A DNA stretch of 7,433 nucleotides. Origin: Naegleria gruberi (Eukaryota). Numbering within the stretch: the stretch's first letter is position 1; the number at the start of each line of letters is the position of its first letter. This document shows, piece after piece, positions 1 to 7,433 of this stretch. The stretch lies in NCBI GenBank assembly GCA_000004985.1, contig GG739139.1, one strand, 5' to 3'. Below the pieces are notes generated by a model. The model had not been told where the DNA came from and ran no database searches. It saw only the letters and a program-made list of their open reading frames with translations. The translations under genes were made by a program, and so were the position numbers.

Positions 1-146
1 TATCTTTTCCGAGTTAATATCTTGCATGTTTGTTAGTGGCTTATTTTCAAACATTTTTTTGGAGCTTGAGTTTAGCACACGGGAAGTACCTTAACAATTT
101 TGGGCGCAATACTTGTTACAGTAAAACAAGAGATAAATCGAACCCC

Positions 147-200
147 TCAACATGATCTGAATAGTAGTAATTTTATTAGTGGATTATCATCATGATGGAC
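147..200 (+). repeat. Copy 1 of a dispersed or degenerate tandem repeat unit with core tcaacatgatct...ttttattNgtgg.ttatcatcatga.
   Basis: Positions 147-200, tcaacatgatctgaatagtagtaattttattagtggattatcatcatgatggac, align to 367-431 with two short indels and a few substitutions. Confidence 0.6.
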
Positions 201-366
201 TTAATTTTGAAAGACATAGACCATAACTTCACCAATAATACAACTGCTACGCCATTCTCACAAAAACTTCATAAAAAAATATTCAACATTCTTCTACTCA
301 AGGAGGACATCATGATTTTCGGAGTGGTTTTACATCATGAAACCACCAAACTTTCACATCATCATC

Positions 367-431
367 TCAACATGATCTATATAGTAATAATAATAGTAAT
401 TTTTATTGGTTCATTATCATCATGAAATTGG
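367..431 (+). repeat. Copy 2 of the same repeat unit.
   Basis: Positions 367-431, tcaacatgatctatatagtaataataatagtaatttttattggttcattatcatcatgaaattgg. It shares the tcaacatgatct head and the ttttattgg-N-attatcatcatga tail with copy 1, about 220 bp upstream. Confidence 0.6.
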
Positions 432-818
432 AATTTATTTTTCATGCTGGAAAATCCCAAGTTGGTGTTCCATCATCGGATCATTCACCAACCATCATCA
501 TTATTGTTTTCCATCAATATAATAATAGTATTTGTGGAAATTAATTTTTAGCAATGTAATTTTGGTGAAATGTCAAAATTTTCACTAAATTCATCATCAC
601 TGCTGGATCTACTGGACAAGTTGGAAAAGTGTCAATGTATTATTGTTCGGAATGGTCAATAGTAGGTAGGAGAACTTTCTCTTATCAATTTTGGTCAAGT
701 TATGATAGGGATAGGTACATGTGAATTTTTAAAAAGTACATGGACCATAACTCAACATGTACTTCACCAACTTGAATCATGTCTTTTAGTACTACTATTT
801 AAATAGATAATAAACATC

Positions 819-849
819 ATATTTATTATCAGATTTTCATCATGTTGTC
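819..849 (+). repeat. Copy 3 (tail portion) of the repeat unit.
   Basis: Positions 819-849, atatttattatcagattttcatcatgttgtc, match the ttttattNgtNNattatcatcatgaNNtgg tail of copies 1 and 2. Weaker catcatca/catcatga cores also occur at 306-318, 332-344, 353-366, 468-500 and 589-604, and a ctcaacatgtact head-like fragment at 751-765. Confidence 0.45.
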
Positions 850-973
850 AATTTACCAAGTTCCGATATTTGATGCTACCAGAGTTGATTCATAGCCCAA
901 TTACAAATCAAACAACAATAAAACAACAATTCATAATGTTTATTATGTTGTTGAATGTATAATTTCGAGTCTT

Positions 974-3900
974 NNNNNNNNNNNNNNNNNNNNNNNNNNN
1001 NNNNNNNNNNNNNNNNNNNNNNNNNNNNNNNNNNNNNNNNNNNNNNNNNNNNNNNNNNNNNNNNNNNNNNNNNNNNNNNNNNNNNNNNNNNNNNNNNNNN
1101 NNNNNNNNNNNNNNNNNNNNNNNNNNNNNNNNNNNNNNNNNNNNNNNNNNNNNNNNNNNNNNNNNNNNNNNNNNNNNNNNNNNNNNNNNNNNNNNNNNNN
1201 NNNNNNNNNNNNNNNNNNNNNNNNNNNNNNNNNNNNNNNNNNNNNNNNNNNNNNNNNNNNNNNNNNNNNNNNNNNNNNNNNNNNNNNNNNNNNNNNNNNN
1301 NNNNNNNNNNNNNNNNNNNNNNNNNNNNNNNNNNNNNNNNNNNNNNNNNNNNNNNNNNNNNNNNNNNNNNNNNNNNNNNNNNNNNNNNNNNNNNNNNNNN
1401 NNNNNNNNNNNNNNNNNNNNNNNNNNNNNNNNNNNNNNNNNNNNNNNNNNNNNNNNNNNNNNNNNNNNNNNNNNNNNNNNNNNNNNNNNNNNNNNNNNNN
1501 NNNNNNNNNNNNNNNNNNNNNNNNNNNNNNNNNNNNNNNNNNNNNNNNNNNNNNNNNNNNNNNNNNNNNNNNNNNNNNNNNNNNNNNNNNNNNNNNNNNN
1601 NNNNNNNNNNNNNNNNNNNNNNNNNNNNNNNNNNNNNNNNNNNNNNNNNNNNNNNNNNNNNNNNNNNNNNNNNNNNNNNNNNNNNNNNNNNNNNNNNNNN
1701 NNNNNNNNNNNNNNNNNNNNNNNNNNNNNNNNNNNNNNNNNNNNNNNNNNNNNNNNNNNNNNNNNNNNNNNNNNNNNNNNNNNNNNNNNNNNNNNNNNNN
1801 NNNNNNNNNNNNNNNNNNNNNNNNNNNNNNNNNNNNNNNNNNNNNNNNNNNNNNNNNNNNNNNNNNNNNNNNNNNNNNNNNNNNNNNNNNNNNNNNNNNN
1901 NNNNNNNNNNNNNNNNNNNNNNNNNNNNNNNNNNNNNNNNNNNNNNNNNNNNNNNNNNNNNNNNNNNNNNNNNNNNNNNNNNNNNNNNNNNNNNNNNNNN
2001 NNNNNNNNNNNNNNNNNNNNNNNNNNNNNNNNNNNNNNNNNNNNNNNNNNNNNNNNNNNNNNNNNNNNNNNNNNNNNNNNNNNNNNNNNNNNNNNNNNNN
2101 NNNNNNNNNNNNNNNNNNNNNNNNNNNNNNNNNNNNNNNNNNNNNNNNNNNNNNNNNNNNNNNNNNNNNNNNNNNNNNNNNNNNNNNNNNNNNNNNNNNN
2201 NNNNNNNNNNNNNNNNNNNNNNNNNNNNNNNNNNNNNNNNNNNNNNNNNNNNNNNNNNNNNNNNNNNNNNNNNNNNNNNNNNNNNNNNNNNNNNNNNNNN
2301 NNNNNNNNNNNNNNNNNNNNNNNNNNNNNNNNNNNNNNNNNNNNNNNNNNNNNNNNNNNNNNNNNNNNNNNNNNNNNNNNNNNNNNNNNNNNNNNNNNNN
2401 NNNNNNNNNNNNNNNNNNNNNNNNNNNNNNNNNNNNNNNNNNNNNNNNNNNNNNNNNNNNNNNNNNNNNNNNNNNNNNNNNNNNNNNNNNNNNNNNNNNN
2501 NNNNNNNNNNNNNNNNNNNNNNNNNNNNNNNNNNNNNNNNNNNNNNNNNNNNNNNNNNNNNNNNNNNNNNNNNNNNNNNNNNNNNNNNNNNNNNNNNNNN
2601 NNNNNNNNNNNNNNNNNNNNNNNNNNNNNNNNNNNNNNNNNNNNNNNNNNNNNNNNNNNNNNNNNNNNNNNNNNNNNNNNNNNNNNNNNNNNNNNNNNNN
2701 NNNNNNNNNNNNNNNNNNNNNNNNNNNNNNNNNNNNNNNNNNNNNNNNNNNNNNNNNNNNNNNNNNNNNNNNNNNNNNNNNNNNNNNNNNNNNNNNNNNN
2801 NNNNNNNNNNNNNNNNNNNNNNNNNNNNNNNNNNNNNNNNNNNNNNNNNNNNNNNNNNNNNNNNNNNNNNNNNNNNNNNNNNNNNNNNNNNNNNNNNNNN
2901 NNNNNNNNNNNNNNNNNNNNNNNNNNNNNNNNNNNNNNNNNNNNNNNNNNNNNNNNNNNNNNNNNNNNNNNNNNNNNNNNNNNNNNNNNNNNNNNNNNNN
3001 NNNNNNNNNNNNNNNNNNNNNNNNNNNNNNNNNNNNNNNNNNNNNNNNNNNNNNNNNNNNNNNNNNNNNNNNNNNNNNNNNNNNNNNNNNNNNNNNNNNN
3101 NNNNNNNNNNNNNNNNNNNNNNNNNNNNNNNNNNNNNNNNNNNNNNNNNNNNNNNNNNNNNNNNNNNNNNNNNNNNNNNNNNNNNNNNNNNNNNNNNNNN
3201 NNNNNNNNNNNNNNNNNNNNNNNNNNNNNNNNNNNNNNNNNNNNNNNNNNNNNNNNNNNNNNNNNNNNNNNNNNNNNNNNNNNNNNNNNNNNNNNNNNNN
3301 NNNNNNNNNNNNNNNNNNNNNNNNNNNNNNNNNNNNNNNNNNNNNNNNNNNNNNNNNNNNNNNNNNNNNNNNNNNNNNNNNNNNNNNNNNNNNNNNNNNN
3401 NNNNNNNNNNNNNNNNNNNNNNNNNNNNNNNNNNNNNNNNNNNNNNNNNNNNNNNNNNNNNNNNNNNNNNNNNNNNNNNNNNNNNNNNNNNNNNNNNNNN
3501 NNNNNNNNNNNNNNNNNNNNNNNNNNNNNNNNNNNNNNNNNNNNNNNNNNNNNNNNNNNNNNNNNNNNNNNNNNNNNNNNNNNNNNNNNNNNNNNNNNNN
3601 NNNNNNNNNNNNNNNNNNNNNNNNNNNNNNNNNNNNNNNNNNNNNNNNNNNNNNNNNNNNNNNNNNNNNNNNNNNNNNNNNNNNNNNNNNNNNNNNNNNN
3701 NNNNNNNNNNNNNNNNNNNNNNNNNNNNNNNNNNNNNNNNNNNNNNNNNNNNNNNNNNNNNNNNNNNNNNNNNNNNNNNNNNNNNNNNNNNNNNNNNNNN
3801 NNNNNNNNNNNNNNNNNNNNNNNNNNNNNNNNNNNNNNNNNNNNNNNNNNNNNNNNNNNNNNNNNNNNNNNNNNNNNNNNNNNNNNNNNNNNNNNNNNNN

Positions 3901-6197
3901 NNNNNNNNNNNNNNNNNNNNNNNNNNNNNNNNNNNNNNNNNNNNNNNNNNNNNNNNNNNNNNNNNNNNNNNNNNNNNNNNNNNNNNNNNNNNNNNNNNNN
4001 NNNNNNNNNNNNNNNNNNNNNNNNNNNNNNNNNNNNNNNNNNNNNNNNNNNNNNNNNNNNNNNNNNNNNNNNNNNNNNNNNNNNNNNNNNNNNNNNNNNN
4101 NNNNNNNNNNNNNNNNNNNNNNNNNNNNNNNNNNNNNNNNNNNNNNNNNNNNNNNNNNNNNNNNNNNNNNNNNNNNNNNNNNNNNNNNNNNNNNNNNNNN
4201 NNNNNNNNNNNNNNNNNNNNNNNNNNNNNNNNNNNNNNNNNNNNNNNNNNNNNNNNNNNNNNNNNNNNNNNNNNNNNNNNNNNNNNNNNNNNNNNNNNNN
4301 NNNNNNNNNNNNNNNNNNNNNNNNNNNNNNNNNNNNNNNNNNNNNNNNNNNNNNNNNNNNNNNNNNNNNNNNNNNNNNNNNNNNNNNNNNNNNNNNNNNN
4401 NNNNNNNNNNNNNNNNNNNNNNNNNNNNNNNNNNNNNNNNNNNNNNNNNNNNNNNNNNNNNNNNNNNNNNNNNNNNNNNNNNNNNNNNNNNNNNNNNNNN
4501 NNNNNNNNNNNNNNNNNNNNNNNNNNNNNNNNNNNNNNNNNNNNNNNNNNNNNNNNNNNNNNNNNNNNNNNNNNNNNNNNNNNNNNNNNNNNNNNNNNNN
4601 NNNNNNNNNNNNNNNNNNNNNNNNNNNNNNNNNNNNNNNNNNNNNNNNNNNNNNNNNNNNNNNNNNNNNNNNNNNNNNNNNNNNNNNNNNNNNNNNNNNN
4701 NNNNNNNNNNNNNNNNNNNNNNNNNNNNNNNNNNNNNNNNNNNNNNNNNNNNNNNNNNNNNNNNNNNNNNNNNNNNNNNNNNNNNNNNNNNNNNNNNNNN
4801 NNNNNNNNNNNNNNNNNNNNNNNNNNNNNNNNNNNNNNNNNNNNNNNNNNNNNNNNNNNNNNNNNNNNNNNNNNNNNNNNNNNNNNNNNNNNNNNNNNNN
4901 NNNNNNNNNNNNNNNNNNNNNNNNNNNNNNNNNNNNNNNNNNNNNNNNNNNNNNNNNNNNNNNNNNNNNNNNNNNNNNNNNNNNNNNNNNNNNNNNNNNN
5001 NNNNNNNNNNNNNNNNNNNNNNNNNNNNNNNNNNNNNNNNNNNNNNNNNNNNNNNNNNNNNNNNNNNNNNNNNNNNNNNNNNNNNNNNNNNNNNNNNNNN
5101 NNNNNNNNNNNNNNNNNNNNNNNNNNNNNNNNNNNNNNNNNNNNNNNNNNNNNNNNNNNNNNNNNNNNNNNNNNNNNNNNNNNNNNNNNNNNNNNNNNNN
5201 NNNNNNNNNNNNNNNNNNNNNNNNNNNNNNNNNNNNNNNNNNNNNNNNNNNNNNNNNNNNNNNNNNNNNNNNNNNNNNNNNNNNNNNNNNNNNNNNNNNN
5301 NNNNNNNNNNNNNNNNNNNNNNNNNNNNNNNNNNNNNNNNNNNNNNNNNNNNNNNNNNNNNNNNNNNNNNNNNNNNNNNNNNNNNNNNNNNNNNNNNNNN
5401 NNNNNNNNNNNNNNNNNNNNNNNNNNNNNNNNNNNNNNNNNNNNNNNNNNNNNNNNNNNNNNNNNNNNNNNNNNNNNNNNNNNNNNNNNNNNNNNNNNNN
5501 NNNNNNNNNNNNNNNNNNNNNNNNNNNNNNNNNNNNNNNNNNNNNNNNNNNNNNNNNNNNNNNNNNNNNNNNNNNNNNNNNNNNNNNNNNNNNNNNNNNN
5601 NNNNNNNNNNNNNNNNNNNNNNNNNNNNNNNNNNNNNNNNNNNNNNNNNNNNNNNNNNNNNNNNNNNNNNNNNNNNNNNNNNNNNNNNNNNNNNNNNNNN
5701 NNNNNNNNNNNNNNNNNNNNNNNNNNNNNNNNNNNNNNNNNNNNNNNNNNNNNNNNNNNNNNNNNNNNNNNNNNNNNNNNNNNNNNNNNNNNNNNNNNNN
5801 NNNNNNNNNNNNNNNNNNNNNNNNNNNNNNNNNNNNNNNNNNNNNNNNNNNNNNNNNNNNNNNNNNNNNNNNNNNNNNNNNNNNNNNNNNNNNNNNNNNN
5901 NNNNNNNNNNNNNNNNNNNNNNNNNNNNNNNNNNNNNNNNNNNNNNNNNNNNNNNNNNNNNNNNNNNNNNNNNNNNNNNNNNNNNNNNNNNNNNNNNNNN
6001 NNNNNNNNNNNNNNNNNNNNNNNNNNNNNNNNNNNNNNNNNNNNNNNNNNNNNNNNNNNNNNNNNNNNNNNNNNNNNNNNNNNNNNNNNNNNNNNNNNNN
6101 NNNNNNNNNNNNNNNNNNNNNNNNNNNNNNNNNNNNNNNNNNNNNNNNNNNNNNNNNNNNNNNNNNNNNNNNNNNNNNNNNNNNNNNNNNNNNNNNN
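974..6197. other. Unreadable block of 5,224 consecutive N: an assembly gap of estimated size, or a hard-masked segment.
   Basis: Counted directly: N begins after 'aatttcgagtctt' at 973 and ends before 'atctaatcaatc' at 6198. The length is not a round number, which fits a scaffolder's estimated gap or the exact extent of a mask rather than a placeholder. The flanking 5 nt (gtctt / atcta) do not form a target-site duplication. Confidence 0.98.
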
Positions 6198-6414
6198 ATC
6201 TAATCAATCTATCAAACATTGGAGCATCACATTCATTCTGTCTATCTAATTTCAAATGCATTGTCGAATAGCTTTCCAAATATCCACAGCCCCTGAGCAA
6301 TAGCAAAATCTTACAGTAGATTGTCTCTAAAATCAATGTATCAAATCCTTTTGCATGTAACTGTTCATCATTATATTCATAGTAGCCAAACCAAATTTTA
6401 AATCCTTCACAATT
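6198..6414 (-). CDS. Partial CDS or exon, open from 6414 into the N block; probably a downstream exon of the same gene as the LRR ORF.
   Basis: On the minus strand, 72 sense codons follow a TAA at 6415-6417 (NCEGFKIWFGYYEYNDEQLHAKGFDTLILETIYCKILLLLRGCGYLESYSTMHLKLDRQNECDAPMFDRLIR..) and remain open where the N run begins. The chance of this is about 0.92^72, roughly 0.003. The frame is offset +2 from the LRR ORF. A one-base indel cannot join the two frames, because stops in both frames lie between them (6429-6431, 6421-6423, 6415-6417). Splicing is the simplest link. The supplied track reports only 6336.. because it begins at an internal TTG. Confidence 0.35.
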
Positions 6415-6535
6415 TTAAAATTAGGAGATCAAATTTGACAAAGGCGAAACTTCTGATACAGAGATTTAATATATATTAAATAATAAATTTTTTGGAAAGA
6501 GCCACAATGCTCTTTGTGTGAAACTTCATACGTAC
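6405..6535 (-). other. Candidate spliceosomal intron on the minus strand: donor GTACGT at 6535, with an alternative acceptor giving an intron of about 209 nt that ends at 6327.
   Basis: Minus-sense 'ttt g|GTACGTat' at 6536/6535 is a consensus fungal-type 5' splice site in phase 1 relative to the LRR frame. The sequence between it and the LRR stop is AT-rich and low-complexity. A CTAAT branch-like motif sits about 16 nt upstream of an AAG at 6407-6405, and splicing there restores the downstream frame (..GINF-G-FKIWFGYY..). A better-looking acceptor, TTGATTTTAG|, at 6328-6327 also restores the frame in phase 1 (..GINF-E-TIYCKILLLL..). I cannot choose between them without transcript data. Confidence 0.25.
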
Positions 6536-6977
6536 CAAAATTTATACCATCATTATATTGAGATGATGTTGAAAATAGTACAAAAGTGTTACCACTTGCT
6601 TTAATTATTTGTAAATTTGGAAATAATGGTTGCAACCACCATGTATGATTATTATCAAAATCATTACGAATTATTAAAGTTTTCAATTTTGGTAAATTTG
6701 ATATTTGAAAGAAATTTAATCCTTTCAAATTATCTGAATAAATTGAGAGTGTAGTTAGTAAATTAAAAGTAAAAGATATTTCACTATAAAATTCCAATGT
6801 AATATAAAGATATTCTAAATTTGGTAATTTACAAAGTAATTTCAAATCAATGGCACTAATAGGATTACGAAATGTTAAATCTTTCAATGTTGATATTTTA
6901 GAAATGTGATGAAATATATTCTTATTATATTTTACTGAAATTTTAAGAATTAATATTTCTAAATTTAATTTACTCAA
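6429..6977 (-). CDS. Partial CDS, probably internal or 3' exon(s), encoding a leucine-rich-repeat protein of the RNI-like / F-box-LRR-like class. No ATG is present; the true start is unresolved.
   Basis: A frame of 182 codons is open in about 70% AT DNA; the chance of this is roughly 0.92^182, far below 0.001. The translation has periodic L/I/N spacing typical of LRRs (LKDLTF, LCKLPNLEYLYITLEF, LTTLSIYSDNLKGLNFF, ISNLPKLKTLIIRN, LFPNLQIIKASGN). The first codon at 6975-6977 is TTG, not ATG, and the peptide has no internal Met. An in-frame TAA lies at 6993-6995 (minus sense). The N-terminal ~20 codons (tta aat tta gaa ata tta att ctt aaa att tca gta aaa tat aat aag) and the C-terminal ~30 codons (..aaa att tat tat tta ata tat att aaa..) are AT-rich and low-complexity, so they are probably intronic read-through. 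The core coding part is likely about 6540-6905. Confidence 0.55.
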   Translation of the reverse strand: MSKLNLEILILKISVKYNKNIFHHISKISTLKDLTFRNPISAIDLKLLCKLPNLEYLYITLEFYSEISFTFNLLTTLSIYSDNLKGLNFFQISNLPKLKTLIIRNDFDNNHTWWLQPLFPNLQIIKASGNTFVLFSTSSQYNDGINFGTYEVSHKEHCGSFQKIYYLIYIKSLYQKFRLCQI

Positions 6978-7207
6978 TTCTGATAATATGATTTAATATG
7001 TCTTCCTTTTACATTGAATCGTTCGTGTATTTTCCAAACATAGCAATCCAACTCAATTGAGATATTTAATCATTGTATTAAACCACTTTCAAATTTAATA
7101 AAAGACTACTGATGCCATCATAACGGATGAATCCCAGCTTGATCTGTAACTAAGCAATATCAATGAGGTGATTGTCAAGGCACTCTCGGTACTAACATCC
7201 AACCACG

Positions 7208-7239
7208 GGTTGATTCAAAAGAAGTAATTTGAATCAACC
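7208..7239. other. Perfect 12-bp inverted repeat forming a hairpin, with an 8-nt loop.
   Basis: ggttgattcaaa (7208-7219), loop agaagtaa (7220-7227), then tttgaatcaacc (7228-7239), which is the exact reverse complement. After a G.A mismatch, two more pairs (7205-7206 with 7241-7242) extend the stem. It lies about 230 nt upstream, in gene sense, of the LRR open frame, within a locally GC-richer non-coding segment (about 7105-7300) where neither strand has an ORF longer than about 25 codons. Confidence 0.6.
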
Positions 7240-7433
7240 AGTTCGAAGCTTATTGAAATAATTCAATTAAGGGAGAAGGAAATCTGTACCTCTCCAGAGA
7301 AATGATTGAAAAAAACAAGAAGATAAAATAGAATTCTTTAATGTGTTTTGTTTTTTTTGTACATTACTTATCCAACAAACTCAATCTGAGAACCATTTGA
7401 AGTTCCTCATCATTTCTTCAAAAGTGACAGAAC

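Noticed and set aside
135-152. TCGAACCCC (minus-sense GGGGTTCGATTT), resembling a tRNA T-loop.
   Set aside because: No complementary 5-bp T-stem partner is present, and no acceptor-stem or anticodon-arm geometry can be built on either strand. It is an isolated motif.
192-425. 77-aa plus-strand ORF (MMDLILKDIDHNF...IFIGSLSS).
   Set aside because: It starts at the ATG inside repeat copy 1 (atcATCATGatgg) and ends at the TGA inside repeat copy 2 (tcatcaTGA), so its boundaries are created by the repeat. The peptide is low-complexity (His/Ile/Asn runs) with no recognisable domain. One or more ORFs of this length are expected by chance over about 2 kb of six-frame AT-rich sequence. It is retained only as a curiosity.
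726-735. tttttaaaaa 10-bp AT palindrome flanked by gtacatg motifs.
   Set aside because: Short AT palindromes are expected in DNA of this composition. The flanks do not extend the symmetry.
969-6202. Possibility that the N block is a masked transposon insertion with TSDs at its edges.
   Set aside because: The immediate flanks (..gagtctt / atctaat..) show no direct duplication. A coding frame runs into the block from the right, arguing that gene sequence, and not only an inserted element, lies inside. This cannot be excluded without the sequence.
943-6336. 1,797-aa minus-strand ORF and 1,764-aa plus-strand ORF (955..6249) in the supplied track.
   Set aside because: Both are more than 97% X, translated from the N run. 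The only real residues are a few codons at each edge. The true open frame on the minus edge is reported separately (6198-6414).
7161-7169. caatgaggt 9-mer identical to part of the U4 snRNA 5' stem-loop.
   Set aside because: No surrounding similarity to U4 (no Sm site, no U6-pairing region). A 9-mer match is expected by chance.
7236-7256. ccaGTTCGAAgctt, T-loop-like.
   Set aside because: The flanking bases do not pair into a T-stem. No cloverleaf is possible.

Overview
About 70% of this window cannot be read: positions 974-6197 are a single run of 5,224 N. Only 973 nt on the left and 1,236 nt on the right are interpretable, so any system located centrally is invisible here. The two giant ORFs in the supplied track (943..6336 minus, 955..6249 plus) are artefacts of translating N as X. 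The readable DNA is AT-rich (roughly 30% GC by eye), has no Shine-Dalgarno-type organisation, and shows fungal-like splice signals (GTACGT, TACTAAC/CTAAT). I therefore treat it as nuclear DNA of an AT-rich eukaryote, probably from a draft scaffold or a hard-masked locus.

The right flank carries the only convincing coding signal. A 549-nt open frame on the minus strand (6429-6977) encodes a leucine-rich-repeat (RNI/F-box-LRR-like) polypeptide. It contains no ATG at all; the 'M' in the track is a TTG. Its first ~20 and last ~30 codons are low-complexity, AT-rich and intron-like. Immediately downstream, a second minus-strand frame is open from 6414 through 6198 and runs into the N block. Together these look like exons of a multi-exon gene whose 3' part lies in the unreadable region; candidate splice sites are listed. 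Upstream of the gene (7100-7300) is a GC-richer non-coding segment with a perfect 12-bp hairpin and a TACTAAC box.

The left flank (1-973) looks non-coding and is built from degenerate copies of a repeat with a conserved TTATCATCATGA core spaced roughly 200-250 bp apart. I found no rRNA, tRNA, CRISPR array, or prokaryotic operon features. There is no basis in the readable sequence for claiming a novel system.
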